DNA of 64,000 bases, taken from Pirellulales bacterium (GTDB taxonomy: Bacteria; Planctomycetota; Planctomycetia; Pirellulales; JAEUIK01). Positions 50,805 through 63,865 of the stretch are shown piece by piece. The position numbers and the translations under genes are program-made. Below the pieces are notes generated by a model. The model had not been told where the DNA came from, did not search any database, and was given only the letters and a program-made list of their open reading frames with translations. The stretch covers positions 461,508-525,507 of the forward strand of contig JAIBBZ010000001.1 of assembly GCA_019694435.1 (NCBI GenBank). Direction: 5' to 3'. Every line of letters starts with the position of its first letter. The first letter of the stretch is position 1.

Positions 50805-51965
50805 ATGCCATCGTCAGGCTTTGCGAATCGTCCTCTTTCCGTGGCGCAAGCTTTGCACAGCGTCGCGTGGCGCTATGCGCAGCCGTTGGCTTTGCGGACC
50901 CAGCGTCCGGGTGGTTTCTGGCTCGCCGGGGCGGCGTCTGCGCCAGCGCCGGCAACCCGCCGCAAGGCGCCGGCGGCGGCTGCCTTGCGCGATGCCCGCA
51001 TGATGCGCCTCGAAGCCGTCTTAATGCTTGCCCAGGAACCCGTTGCGGCGAGGAAATTGGCCCAATTGGCTAGCTTGGCGGACGCGACGGAAGCGCGTAC
51101 ATTAATCGGCCGGCTGAACGAGCTTTACGACCGCACCGCCACGGCGTTTTCGGTGGCCGAAATCGCCGGTGGATACCAGTTGCTGTCGCGAACGGCCTAC
51201 GGACCGTGGCTGCGCCGTTTACACTCCGGCGGCGCCGAAACGCGGTTGTCGACACCGGCCCTGGAGACCTTGGCCGTGGTCGCCTACCGTCAGCCGGTGT
51301 TGAGGGCTGACGTCGAGGCGATTCGCGGAGTACAGTGTGGCGAAATTTTGCGGCAGCTCATGGAGCGTGATCTGGTCCGCATCTGCGGCAGGTCACCCGA
51401 GTTAGGTCGTCCCTTTTTATACGGAACCACCAAGCGATTCCTCCAAATCTTCGGCCTGCGACATCTGGATGAATTGCCCCGCGCCGAATTGTTTCGGGCG
51501 AAGCCCTCGCAGCGGCTCGCCGACGATGTACCCGAGCAAGATCCCACTGCTGAACATGAACTGAAAGAGGAGCCTGCTGTGACCGTCGTATTCGATCGCG
51601 AGATTGCCACCGAGGATGAACTGCGTGAAGACGCCGCGGGCGGTGCCGCGGACCGTCTTCCCGGCGCTCGTCGTCCCCAGCTCGTCGGCGCCAAGCGCGA
51701 AGAGGAAGAAGAGGAAGAGGAAGACGAGGAATGGGAAGATGAGGACGAAGGCGACGAGGAAGACGACGATTGGGATGAAGAAGAGGACGACGAAGAGGAC
51801 GAAGAGGAAGACGAAGAAGACTTCGAAGACGCCGAATGGGAAGAAGTCGACGATGAAGGTGACGAAGAAGAAGGCGACGAAGAGGAAGATGAAGACTGGG
51901 ACGACGACGAAGAGGACGACGACGAGGACTGGGATGACGAAGAGGAAGAAGACGACGCAGAGTAG
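50805..51965 (+). CDS. scpB: Segregation and condensation protein B with an extreme acidic C-terminal tail
   Basis: The ScpB winged-helix core has RLEAVLMLAQEPV, LSTPALETLAVVAYRQPVLRADVEAIRGV and GRPFLYGTTKRFLQIFGL. An alternative start is ATG 51000. The tail is described in the findings. Confidence 0.85.
   Translation: MPSSGFANRPLSVAQALHSVAWRYAQPLALRTQRPGGFWLAGAASAPAPATRRKAPAAAALRDARMMRLEAVLMLAQEPVAARKLAQLASLADATEARTLIGRLNELYDRTATAFSVAEIAGGYQLLSRTAYGPWLRRLHSGGAETRLSTPALETLAVVAYRQPVLRADVEAIRGVQCGEILRQLMERDLVRICGRSPELGRPFLYGTTKRFLQIFGLRHLDELPRAELFRAKPSQRLADDVPEQDPTAEHELKEEPAVTVVFDREIATEDELREDAAGGAADRLPGARRPQLVGAKREEEEEEEEDEEWEDEDEGDEEDDDWDEEEDDEEDEEEDEEDFEDAEWEEVDDEGDEEEGDEEEDEDWDDDEEDDDEDWDDEEEEDDAE
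51699..51962 (+). repeat. Purine-rich GAA/GAG/GAC low-complexity tract encoding the ScpB poly-Asp/Glu tail
   Basis: 264 nt made almost entirely of GAA, GAG and GAC codons with occasional TGG, GGC and TTC. It is visibly distinct from the surrounding GC-rich sequence. Confidence 0.9.
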
Positions 51966-52002
51966 TCTGCCGCTGCTCGCCGTGGCGTGAATCGCCTGTT
52001 CG

Positions 52003-52033
52003 CCCCCCGTGATCTGTTCGCGGGGGTTTCTTT
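52003..52033 (+). terminator. Intrinsic terminator candidate downstream of scpB
   Basis: CCCCCG (52004-52009) pairs with CGGGGG (52021-52026) across an 11-nt loop. TTTCTTT follows at 52027-52033. Confidence 0.45.
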
Positions 52034-52038
52034 GCGCC

Positions 52039-52091
52039 GAGCCAGCGTCGCTGGCTCCCCTCCGTGTAGTCACCGGCCGCGCTGCGCGGCC
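52039..52091. terminator. Two further GC palindromic hairpins in the scpB/hemA convergent gap
   Basis: GAGCCAGC-gtc-GCTGGCTC (52039-52057) and GGCCGCG-ctg-CGCGGCC (52075-52091). Neither has a clear T-tract. They could act on the hemA transcript or bidirectionally. Confidence 0.3.
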
Positions 52092-52102
52092 GTTCGCACG
52101 CG

Positions 52103-53383
52103 CTATTCCGACAGGTGCGAGTGGAATAGCCGCTTGAGCGCGTCGAGCAAGCTATAGCTGAACGGTTGCCGCGTCTCTTCGCGCAGCGATTCCAGCGGCG
52201 GGTGCAAGAGCTTGTTGATCAGCCGGTCGAACGATTGACTGATTTCGCCGCGCGCCCGGTCGTCGAGTTCGGGCAGCTTGTTGAACAACCGCCGTAGCTC
52301 TTCGTCCTTGGGGCGCTGCCAGCCTTCGCGAAGCCGCTGGATGATTGGCCCCGTCGCGCGGTGCCGCAGATCGGCCATGAACTGCGCGGTTTCCTCATCG
52401 ACGATCGCCAGGGCGCGCGGCAGCGCCTGGTCGCGCGCGGCCTTGTTCTCTTGGCAGACGGCTTTGAGATCGTCGACCGTATAGACGTAAACGCCCAGGC
52501 AATCGCCGATCGCCGGCTCGAAATCGCGCGGTACGGCCAGGTCGAGCACGACCAACGGCCGCTGATAGCGCAGTGGTTCAAGCTGGCGGTAGTGCTCGAG
52601 CGTGACGATCGGCAGATTGGCGCCCGTCGTGCTGACCACCAGATCGGCCTCGACCAGCGCTTCCCCCAGCGATTCCCACGGCAGCGCCCAACCGTGCCAT
52701 TGCTCGGCCAGGGCGTGCGCCCGGGCCAGGTTGCGATTGATCACGGTGATCTCGCGCGCGCCTTCGTCCTGCAGATATCGGAGCGTCTCTTCGGCCATCT
52801 CGCCGGCGCCGATCACCAGTACCCGCTTGTCGTGGAAGCGTTCGAAGATCTGCCGGGCAAAATCGGCCACCGCCACGCTGGGAATGCTCACGCGCTTCTG
52901 GCTGATCGACGTCTCGGCCGCGATCCGCCGCGCCACCTTCAAGGCCGCCTGAAACACGGCATGCGTCACGGGCCCTGCGCTTTGCTGATCGGTGGCCAGT
53001 TGATACGCCTGCTTGACCTGCGAGAGGATCTGCGGCTCGCCCAGCACCATGCTGTCGAGGCTCGCGGCGACCAGGAACAAGTGCCTGACGGCCTCTTCGC
53101 CCGTGCGCTCGAACAGCTCGTCGAAAACCTCGACCAGCTCGAGCCCGTGGTACTCGGCCAGAAACTCGGCCAACTGCTCGTGCGAGGGGCTTTGCTCGGG
53201 CACCTCGGCGGCCGTGTACAGCTCGACGCGGTTGCAGGTCGAAAGCAGCACCGCCTCGACCTCGGGAAACCGCTCGCGCAGCCGGGCCAAGGCGTCGGCC
53301 GCCTGGCGGGCATCGAACGCCAGACGCTCGCGCACCGCGATCGAAGAGTGGTGGTGGCTGCACCCGACCAGTTGGAGGTTCAT
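52103..53383 (-). CDS. hemA: Glutamyl-tRNA reductase
   Basis: ATG 53383 follows GGAGG (MNLQLVGCSHHHSSIAVRERLAF). The catalytic Cys lies in LSTCNRVELY. The NADPH motif is VLVIGAGEMAEE. The ATG overlaps the upstream gene's TGA (ATGA). Confidence 0.95.
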   Translation of the reverse strand: MNLQLVGCSHHHSSIAVRERLAFDARQAADALARLRERFPEVEAVLLSTCNRVELYTAAEVPEQSPSHEQLAEFLAEYHGLELVEVFDELFERTGEEAVRHLFLVAASLDSMVLGEPQILSQVKQAYQLATDQQSAGPVTHAVFQAALKVARRIAAETSISQKRVSIPSVAVADFARQIFERFHDKRVLVIGAGEMAEETLRYLQDEGAREITVINRNLARAHALAEQWHGWALPWESLGEALVEADLVVSTTGANLPIVTLEHYRQLEPLRYQRPLVVLDLAVPRDFEPAIGDCLGVYVYTVDDLKAVCQENKAARDQALPRALAIVDEETAQFMADLRHRATGPIIQRLREGWQRPKDEELRRLFNKLPELDDRARGEISQSFDRLINKLLHPPLESLREETRQPFSYSLLDALKRLFHSHLSE

Positions 53384-54276
53384 GTCGTACCTCCGCGCGA
53401 CAGAGTGCCGTGGTCGCCGGTTCGGGCCACGGGCTTGGCGTCGTGCGGCACGGCGCGATGTTCGGTGAAGAACAGCCCGACGGTCAACGAGAACACCAGG
53501 AACACGAAACTGCCGATCGTCAGGTAGGCGACTTTGCGCCCCTGCCGGGCCGGCTTGTAGAAGGCGATGAACCCGCTGGCCGCGACCAGCCAGGCGAGCG
53601 TGAATGCGTTGGCCACGACGATCGGATCGGTCCAGGCGATGGCGGTCAATTGCCGGTGCTGGTTGACCAGGTTCAAGATGGTGCCCGAGATCAAGCCGGT
53701 CGCCAGCAACAGGATCGAGAACAGCACTGCGCGGGCATTCACGTGCTCGAGCGATTCGAGGCTGGGGAGCTGAAAACCCAGCCGCGGCGGCAGCTTGTGT
53801 TTCAGGCGCCAGGCCTGGGCCAGGTACATCAGCCCCGTCGCAAAGCCCACGAGCACCGCCACGGTGCCCAGCAGCAAGAACACGCCGTGCACCGTACCCC
53901 AGAACAAACTCGCGCGGTCGGCGGGAAACGGCGCGCGATCGGCCCAGCAGGCGGCGACCGCGACCAGCGCCAGCACCAAAGGCAGCGTAAACACCCCCAC
54001 CGCGGCACGCGGATATTGCCAACTGATCACCAGGTACACCACGGCAAGCACCCAGGCCGCCATCAGGTACCAATCGAAGCTGCTCGACAAGGGCGCCGTG
54101 CCGCCGGCCTGTGCCCGACCGATCAAGAACAGCGTATGCGCCACGACGCCGGCCAGGCCGAAGCCCAGCACCAGCGCGGTGCGAATCCCGCTGCGAAAGA
54201 ACAGCCGGGTGATTTCCAGCGCCAGGGCCACGCCGTAACTGGCGGCGAAGCAAAAGATATGCACGCCCGAGAGCAT
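53380..54276 (-). CDS. Cytochrome c assembly family membrane protein (CcsA/HemX-like)
   Basis: 298-aa polytopic protein (MLSGVHIFCFAASYGVALALEITRLFF..., WDWYLMAAWVLAVVYL). This is the classic hemA-adjacent ccsA-like family and position. Confidence 0.75.
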   Translation of the reverse strand: MLSGVHIFCFAASYGVALALEITRLFFRSGIRTALVLGFGLAGVVAHTLFLIGRAQAGGTAPLSSSFDWYLMAAWVLAVVYLVISWQYPRAAVGVFTLPLVLALVAVAACWADRAPFPADRASLFWGTVHGVFLLLGTVAVLVGFATGLMYLAQAWRLKHKLPPRLGFQLPSLESLEHVNARAVLFSILLLATGLISGTILNLVNQHRQLTAIAWTDPIVVANAFTLAWLVAASGFIAFYKPARQGRKVAYLTIGSFVFLVFSLTVGLFFTEHRAVPHDAKPVARTGDHGTLSRGGTT

Positions 54277-54282
54277 GGCGAA

Positions 54283-55374
54283 TCAACCCACGTCGCGGTC
54301 GAGGGAATCGGGTTCTTCGTCGTCGAGTCCGAACTCTTTGAGCTTTTTGTGGAGCGTGTTGCGATTGATGCCCAGCCGGGCGGCCGCCTTGATCCGCACG
54401 TCGCCGCAGGCCGCCATGACCTGGGCAATCAATTCGCGTTCGACCCGGGTGACAATCTTGCCGTACAGGTCGTCTTCGTCATCGTGGGCATCGCTCAGCC
54501 CTTGTCGCACCAGCGCCCCGGTCAGCGATTCGACGTCGGCCCCCTGGAAATTGTTCTGCGGCGAAGGTGCGGTGCTCGTGATCGCCTCGGGCAGCAGGTC
54601 GCAGGTCAGTTCGTCACCCGGCGCCATCACGACGGCCCGTTCGATGTAGTTCTGCAACTCGCGCACGTTGCCCGGCCAGCGATAGTCCTGCAGCGCTGCC
54701 AGCGCTTGCCGGTCGATGTGCACCACGTAGCGGTCGTTCTCCTCATTGTAGACGTTGAGGAAATGGCTCACCAACTCGGGAATGTCCTCGCGCCGCTCGC
54801 GCAGGGGGGGCAGCCGAATCGGCACGACGTTCAGCCGGTAGTACAAGTCCTCGCGAAACCGCTCGGCCGCCACCTCGGCCAGCAGATCGCGGTTGCTGGC
54901 GGCGATCACTCGGGTATCGACGCGGATCGTCGTCGTGTCGCCGACGCGCTCGAATTCCTTCTCCTGCAGCACGCGCAGCAGTTTGACCTGCAATTTGGGC
55001 GTGGTGCTGTTGATTTCGTCGAGAAACACCGTGCCGGTGTGCGCAGCCTCGAAGCGGCCGGTGCGATTGTCGATCGCCCCGGTAAACGACCCGCGAACGT
55101 GGCCGAACAATTCGCTCTCCAGCAGGCTCTCGCTCAGCGCGCCGCAGTTGACGCGGATGAACGGCCCCTGGCTGCGGGGGCTCAGCAGGTGCACGGCCCG
55201 GGCAATCAGCTCTTTGCCCGTGCCCGTCTCGCCGAGCAGCAGCACCGAGGCCTTCGATCGGGCGACCTGTCGCGTCAGCCGGTAGACCTCGCGCATCGCG
55301 GGCCCGGAACCGATGAGACCGGGAATCGGCGGGCCGGTTTGTGAGTTGTCGAAGGGGCGCATGGGGCGGTTCAT
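54283..55374 (-). CDS. Sigma-54-dependent transcriptional activator lacking an N-terminal sensor/receiver domain
   Basis: The AAA+ domain starts about residue 20 ([14 protein letters not shown]). Walker A is GETGTGKE, the GAFTGA-type loop is GSFTGA and Walker B is VFLDEI. The C-terminal Fis-type HTH is [21 protein letters not shown]. Confidence 0.9.
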   Translation of the reverse strand: MNRPMRPFDNSQTGPPIPGLIGSGPAMREVYRLTRQVARSKASVLLLGETGTGKELIARAVHLLSPRSQGPFIRVNCGALSESLLESELFGHVRGSFTGAIDNRTGRFEAAHTGTVFLDEINSTTPKLQVKLLRVLQEKEFERVGDTTTIRVDTRVIAASNRDLLAEVAAERFREDLYYRLNVVPIRLPPLRERREDIPELVSHFLNVYNEENDRYVVHIDRQALAALQDYRWPGNVRELQNYIERAVVMAPGDELTCDLLPEAITSTAPSPQNNFQGADVESLTGALVRQGLSDAHDDEDDLYGKIVTRVERELIAQVMAACGDVRIKAAARLGINRNTLHKKLKEFGLDDEEPDSLDRDVG

Positions 55375-55555
55375 CGGGGACCACGTTTGCCCGCGCGCTC
55401 GGCGCCGGTGGGGGCGCGCGGCCGCGAGGGCATCGGCATGCCGTGGTCGAGACAGCGTCGCTCCGCCCGAGCGCGCTCGACGGCGGCGGAAAGGTTGGCG
55501 TGTTGCGGCCGCCGCGCTCGATGCCTGACAAGCAGACCGCGCGGCGGACCGGAGG

Positions 55556-57802
55556 TTATTCGGGAGGGCTTCCTTCGGCTGCGGGGGGGTCTTCGTCGAC
55601 TGCGGCTCGCGCCTCGATCGTGTCGAGGATCGAGGCCAACAGCGCCTGGGTCGCTGCGTCCAAGTGTTCGCTGGCGTTATAGCGGTCGTATTGCGCCTGG
55701 ACTTCGCTCGGCGTGAGCAGCACGCCGTGTTCGGCCAGGCTCCAGCGCAGGGCCTCGGCCGCGGCGCTGCGCAGCTCGAGCGGCAGCGCCGTCAGGCTCG
55801 CGGCATCGGCCAGTGCCCGCTGCGCGGCCGGCGTAACCCAGCGACCCAACACGGCGGCGGCGTTTTCGGCCACGGCGGGCCGATACAGCGCCTCATGTGC
55901 TGCCTGCACGGCCGGCGCCAAAGCGATTGCCGTGCGCGGCGCGGCGCTCAGCCGCGCGAGCATCGCCAGCGCCGCCTGGCCGGCGGCGCGGCGCTCGTCG
56001 GTCGTCATCGCTCGGGCTCCCGGCAGAGCGGCCAACTGCGTAAGCTCGAATTCGAGTCCGGCCGCGTCTTGCGGACGCACAAACGCCGCCGTCAACGTGT
56101 GGCGATCGGCCAGGCGGCGGGCGTCTTCCAACCGTTCGGGCATCGCGACCAAGAGCACCGGCAGTTGTGCCGTGCGCCAGTCGCGGCGCAGCTCGGCCAG
56201 CACATCGTTGGCCGTGGGAAAACTGATAGAGACGTCGATCACCGCCAATTCGTAGTCGGCATTGGTCCGCGCGACGCGCAGCAGGTCGCGTACGTCGGAC
56301 GTCACATCGGCATCGTAGCCGGCGCCCACGACCAGCGTCCGCAATTCCTCGGCGTGATTCAGATCGTTGTCGACCACCACGGCGCGACGCTCGCCCCAAG
56401 CCGTGACGAAGTGGGCCAAGGCATCGCTTACGTAGCTGCTGCCCGGGAACTTGGCCGTCGGCTGCAGCCGCTCGATCGTCTCGAGCGCCGCAAACCGCAG
56501 CCGCTCGTCGCCATGGCGCAAGGCCAGCACCAGGGGTGCCGGTTCGGGCAGCGACGTATAGAGCGCGTCTCGATCAGTCAGGTGCCGGGCCGCCTGGGCA
56601 GCAGTCGACCAAGCGCCCTGCTTCAGGCTCTCCAGCAGCGCGCTTTCGAGTCCCGTTTGATCGGTGTAGGGCCAGGCCTGCGCGTCGACTGCTTCGCCCG
56701 GCGGACGACGTGCGTCGGTGGCCAGCCGCGTGGCGATGCTCAACCGTCGTGCGCGGCCGTCGTCGGGAGCCAAATGTTCTGCGTCGCGTGCCAGCCGCGC
56801 GGCCCAAACCAGCGCCGCATCTGCCGGCGGCAGCATGCGGGCCTGCGGTTCGGCGAGTTTGAAGTCCCAAACCTCCACGGGCGCTGCATCGGCCGCATGC
56901 GGCGCGAACGACTCGGCATACAGTTGCTCGCTGCGCGCCAAAAGCAGTTCCACGGCCTCGCCCAGCGAAGGCGCCTGTCCCCGAATCGCCCGGATTGCGG
57001 CCGCCGCTGCCTCGCGTTCGGCGGCGACGCGCTGAAACGCGCCCGGCTGTGGCGCCGCGTCGGGCGCCAGGTCTTCGTCGGGAACATGCAGACTCGCCAA
57101 GAGCGGTACAACGCTTTGCGGATCACGCATCCTGCCCAGCGCCCCAATCGCGGCGAGGCGGACGTTCGGATCGGGCGATTCGAGGGCGCCCCACAGCGGG
57201 GGCAGCGCATCGGTGCCGATGGCCAGCAGCGCCCGGCGCAGCGGTGCCGCGCCCTCGCCTGTTGCCGGATCGACAATTGCCCAAAGCAACGGCTTCACGG
57301 CCGCCGAGCGTGCCTCGCGCAGCCGCGCGGTCAGAACCACGTGCTGAGACGGCGGCGCCGTGCGCAGTTGTTCGACGAGTTGGGCGATCGACTGCGGATC
57401 GCGCGCCGCGCCGGTCTGCGCAGCGAGAATCGCCTTGGCCAGCTCGGCGCCTTGAGGCGCGAGATCGCGATCTTGCGACAGTTTGACCAGCGCGGCAGTG
57501 CCCAAGCGGTTGCCCAAGGCGGCCAGTTGCTCGGGCGCCAGTTGTGCGGCCAGCAATTGTTCGACCAGCGGCCGCGCGGCGAAGCCGTGCTTCAAATCGA
57601 TCATCACCAGCACGGCCCTCAGCCGGTCCAGCGGACTCTCGAATTTCGAGTCAAGCAGGGCCTGCACCGCCGGTTCGGTGACCGCGCGCGGCTCTTCCGG
57701 CTTGTCTTGGGCCACGGTCCACGGCGCAAAGGCGACCGCCAACAGCGCAAGGACCACAGCGAGCGCGGCCGGCCGCCGGCGGAAAGCGGGCAAAAGGCTC
57801 AT
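55556..57802 (-). CDS. Exported HEAT-repeat protein with an internal receiver-like (REC) domain
   Basis: ATG 57802 overlaps the argH stop (ATGA). The signal or anchor is [31 protein letters not shown]-like segment is [25 protein letters not shown]. The REC-like segment is [16 protein letters not shown]...[13 protein letters not shown]...LPVLLVAMP. Confidence 0.7.
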   Translation of the reverse strand: MSLLPAFRRRPAALAVVLALLAVAFAPWTVAQDKPEEPRAVTEPAVQALLDSKFESPLDRLRAVLVMIDLKHGFAARPLVEQLLAAQLAPEQLAALGNRLGTAALVKLSQDRDLAPQGAELAKAILAAQTGAARDPQSIAQLVEQLRTAPPSQHVVLTARLREARSAAVKPLLWAIVDPATGEGAAPLRRALLAIGTDALPPLWGALESPDPNVRLAAIGALGRMRDPQSVVPLLASLHVPDEDLAPDAAPQPGAFQRVAAEREAAAAAIRAIRGQAPSLGEAVELLLARSEQLYAESFAPHAADAAPVEVWDFKLAEPQARMLPPADAALVWAARLARDAEHLAPDDGRARRLSIATRLATDARRPPGEAVDAQAWPYTDQTGLESALLESLKQGAWSTAAQAARHLTDRDALYTSLPEPAPLVLALRHGDERLRFAALETIERLQPTAKFPGSSYVSDALAHFVTAWGERRAVVVDNDLNHAEELRTLVVGAGYDADVTSDVRDLLRVARTNADYELAVIDVSISFPTANDVLAELRRDWRTAQLPVLLVAMPERLEDARRLADRHTLTAAFVRPQDAAGLEFELTQLAALPGARAMTTDERRAAGQAALAMLARLSAAPRTAIALAPAVQAAHEALYRPAVAENAAAVLGRWVTPAAQRALADAASLTALPLELRSAAAEALRWSLAEHGVLLTPSEVQAQYDRYNASEHLDAATQALLASILDTIEARAAVDEDPPAAEGSPPE

Positions 57803-59223
57803 GTCTGGCTCCCCAGCTTCTTGCGCCACGCCGCAACTTGTGCGGCCACTTCGCCGGGCGCCGTCGAGCCGTAGGAGACAAATGCACGTAGCGCGCGGTC
57901 GACGCCCAGGACGTCGCGCAGGCTGCCATCGAGTTCGGCATGCACGCTGCGGAAGTCGTTGTCGCTGAGATCGGCCAGGCGAACCTCGCGATCGCGGGCC
58001 TTGCGCACCAGTTGGCCGACCACCTCGTGCGCTGAACGCTGTGGTATGCCTCGGCGGATCAGTTCTTCCATCAAGGTCGTGGCGTCGAGATAGCCGCGGT
58101 CGAGTCGGGCCTCGATGGCCGCGCGGTCGAGCTCGGCGCCGATCACGATCGGCGCGGCCAGCTCGAGACAGGCGGCCACCGTGTCAAAGGCGTCGAACAC
58201 CGGCAGCTTGTCTTCTTGCAGGTCGCGGTTGTAGGCCAGGGGTAGCCCCTTCACCAGCACCAACAGCGATTGCAGCGCGGCATAGACTCGGGCCGTGCGT
58301 CCCCGGGTCAGCTCCAGCACGTCCGGGTTGATCTTTTGCGGCATGATCGACGAGCCGGTGCAGAACGCCTGCGGCAGCTTGAGAAAGCCGAACTCGGTGG
58401 TCGACCAGAGGATCCACTCCTCGGCCCAGGTGCTCAGGTGGGCCGCGATCGTGGCACAGCAAAACGCAAACTCGAGGGCAAAGTCGCGGTCGCTCGACAC
58501 ATCGAGGCTGTTGGCCGCCACCGCGGCGAAACCCAGCCGGCGCGCCGTGTTGGCGCGGTCGATCGGCAGGCTGGTGCCGGCCAGCGCGGCGGCACCCAGC
58601 GGCGAGACGTTGACACGCCTGCGCGCGTCGGCCAGCCGCTGCCGGTCGCGCTCGAATTTCTCGCAGTAGGCCAGCCAATAATGCGCGGCGAGCACCGGCT
58701 GGGCTCGTTGCAAATGGGTGTAGCCGGGCATGACGACGTCCGCGTCGCGCTGGCAGCGATCGACGAAGGCTCGTTGCAGGTCGACGAGCAGTCCGTCGAG
58801 CCGGTCAATCGCATCGCGGACCCAGAGCCGCAGGTCGGTCGAAACCTGGTCGTTGCGGCTGCGGCCGGTATGCAATTTGCGGCCCACATCGCCGAGGCGG
58901 TCCGTCAGGGCCCGCTCGATGTGCATGTGGATGTCTTCGAGTTCGGTGCGGAACTCAAAGCGGCCGGCCTCGATTTCGCGACCGATCTCGGCCAGCGCGG
59001 CGACGATCTGACCGCATTCGTCCGCGGAGATCAGCCCCACGTCGGCCAGCATCTGGGCATGGGCGGATGAGCCCGTGATGTCGTGGGCGTAAAGCCGCCG
59101 ATCGAAGCTCACGCTCTCGGTGAACTTCTCCACACGGCGGTCCGTCGCCTGGTCAAAAACTCCGCCCCACGGTTTGTCGGCCACGCAGCACGTTACTTGG
59201 CGTCGGAGGGAACAGCCTGCCAT
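57799..59223 (-). CDS. argH: Argininosuccinate lyase
   Basis: KPWGGVF lies near the N-terminus. The fumarate-lyase signature is [16 protein letters not shown]. Start is ATG 59223, or alternatively GTG 59184. Confidence 0.95.
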   Translation of the reverse strand: MAGCSLRRQVTCCVADKPWGGVFDQATDRRVEKFTESVSFDRRLYAHDITGSSAHAQMLADVGLISADECGQIVAALAEIGREIEAGRFEFRTELEDIHMHIERALTDRLGDVGRKLHTGRSRNDQVSTDLRLWVRDAIDRLDGLLVDLQRAFVDRCQRDADVVMPGYTHLQRAQPVLAAHYWLAYCEKFERDRQRLADARRRVNVSPLGAAALAGTSLPIDRANTARRLGFAAVAANSLDVSSDRDFALEFAFCCATIAAHLSTWAEEWILWSTTEFGFLKLPQAFCTGSSIMPQKINPDVLELTRGRTARVYAALQSLLVLVKGLPLAYNRDLQEDKLPVFDAFDTVAACLELAAPIVIGAELDRAAIEARLDRGYLDATTLMEELIRRGIPQRSAHEVVGQLVRKARDREVRLADLSDNDFRSVHAELDGSLRDVLGVDRALRAFVSYGSTAPGEVAAQVAAWRKKLGSQT

Positions 59224-59388
59224 TTCAGGCGACTAAGACATTTACCTTAAATGGCTTACGTCGAGCTGTCAAACGCTGGAATTGTGTCGCCTAGACCGTG
59301 CGCAGTCGTCTGCGCACGGTTTGCGCACCGCTACTTGCGTCTGACTCGGGTGAGGCTGGCCCAGTCCTCTGCGCGACACATGTGCCGA

Positions 59389-60144
59389 TCAGCGCACCGG
59401 AGCGAAATCGACAAACGGAACCCCGCCTCGGAGCACCGTCTCAATCTGTTCGGGCCGCTGGAGGTCGGAGAATCGGAACAGCCCCCCCTGCCCGTCGCAG
59501 GCCCAGAGCGCACCGTCCTCGCCAAACCGGAAGGCGTGGACCGGAATCGGCAACGTGGCAACCAACCGGGGTATGCCGCTTTCGGGCAATTCGTACAACC
59601 GCGCCGGGCCGTTCAGCGTGGCCACGTAGATGCGCCCCTGGTGGATATCGAACGCCCCCCACCAGTCCCGGCCCACGTCGGCCTGGGAAAAGGTTGCGAG
59701 CGTACGGGCCTCGCGCGTCACCTGGCTGTAGGCGTAGATGAATCCGTCGGGCAGCGGGCTGGCGTCTTGCGGCGTTTCGAGTCCGCTCCAATAGATTGTG
59801 TCGGCCGCGTCGCAGCGGACCTGTCGGGCCAGGTAACCGCCGTGGTGCAGCGTCCGCTCGCCCCGGGGATCGGCGATCATGATTCGCCGGTCCAGGCCGC
59901 TGCAAAACACCACCTGGCCGGTGCTGGTAGTGCACACGCTGCGGACCCGGGGAATGGTCTGATCGTCCTGCGAGAGCGGCCGCGTATACCAGAAGTCCTG
60001 GCGGGCATCGCGCTGGAGCAAGATCCGGCCGGGCCAGGCCTGTCCGTCGGCCAGGTACCACTCGGCAGCCTTTGCCGTACCGGCAAACAGGCAGCCCGAC
60101 ACCATCCAAGCCCAGACACAGGCGCGCAACACGACACGGCTCAT
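59389..60144 (-). CDS. Secreted hypothetical protein (possibly a beta-propeller-like repeat fold)
   Basis: ATG 60144 gives the signal peptide MSRVVLRACVWAWMVSGCLFAGTAKA. The body has repeated hydrophobic/Gly/Asp beta-strand-like patterns. I recognise no family motif. Confidence 0.5.
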   Translation of the reverse strand: MSRVVLRACVWAWMVSGCLFAGTAKAAEWYLADGQAWPGRILLQRDARQDFWYTRPLSQDDQTIPRVRSVCTTSTGQVVFCSGLDRRIMIADPRGERTLHHGGYLARQVRCDAADTIYWSGLETPQDASPLPDGFIYAYSQVTREARTLATFSQADVGRDWWGAFDIHQGRIYVATLNGPARLYELPESGIPRLVATLPIPVHAFRFGEDGALWACDGQGGLFRFSDLQRPEQIETVLRGGVPFVDFAPVR

Positions 60145-60466
60145 GTTCGAAGGTCCCCCAGGATAGAAGAGATCAAGACGAGAGCGAGAAATGGCCCTGC
60201 CCGGCGGCCCTTGGAGCCGCGCGGACTTCCGGCAGGGGAAACCTAGCTCAAAACGCCCACTCCCGTCGTCGTCGGCAGCCGTTTTTGCCGGTCCGCGGCG
60301 GGCCGTTGCACCGTGGCAACATCGCCGCGAAAGGGCAGCGCGCCCGACGGCAGAATGCCGCGCGGAGCAAGGGAAACGGCACTCCCTCACGCTGGGGGAC
60401 ATGGGCCAAGGCCCCCAAGTTCAGCGCCGTGCTTGCACGCTACTCCCGTCCTCGCCGCGCCGGTCC

Positions 60467-60496
60467 TTGAACCCTAGTCGGCTGCGATGGTATGGT
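60467..60496 (+). promoter_or_regulatory. Sigma-70-like promoter candidate upstream of carB
   Basis: TTGAAC (60467-60472), an 18-nt spacer and TATGGT (60491-60496), about 90 nt upstream of the carB GTG start. This is pattern match only. Confidence 0.25.
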
Positions 60497-60584
60497 CGAG
60501 AAATTTTACTCGCAACCCGACTCTTCCCCAGGCGCCGCGGGACCGGTACCCGAGCGCGCCGGGAGAATTGTGAGGAACTGGTAA

Positions 60585-63839
<3,255 letters not shown>

Positions 63840-63865
63840 GCGCACCCGCGCGCGGAAGGAATCGC

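Noticed and set aside
51417-52073. 218-aa minus-strand ORF rich in Phe/Val/Leu/Ile repeats (FFLFVIPVLVVVLFVVV...)
   Set aside because: It is simply the antisense reading of the GAA/GAG/GAC tract encoding the ScpB acidic tail (TTC/CTC/GTC codons). It has no independent start context or motifs.
52103-54286. 727-aa ORF that would fuse a long N-terminal extension to hemA
   Set aside because: HemA similarity begins exactly at ATG 53383, which is preceded by GGAGG. The upstream part of this frame overlaps the convincing ccsA-like membrane protein encoded in another frame (53380..54276).
55375-55555. Sigma-54 (-24 TGGCAC / -12 TTGC) promoters near the EBP gene, the secretin/kinase divergent region (27152-27434), and the leaders at 16096-16491 and 30946-31407
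   Set aside because: By eye I found no GG-N10-GC element with correct spacing on the relevant strands. For example, TGGCGG...TTGC at 27345-27366 has the wrong spacing. A proper position-weight-matrix scan is needed before claiming any.
63840-63865. Possible fluoride riboswitch upstream of crcB
   Set aside because: Only 26 nt separate the carB stop from the crcB start. That is too short for the riboswitch aptamer, so crcB is more likely read through from carB.
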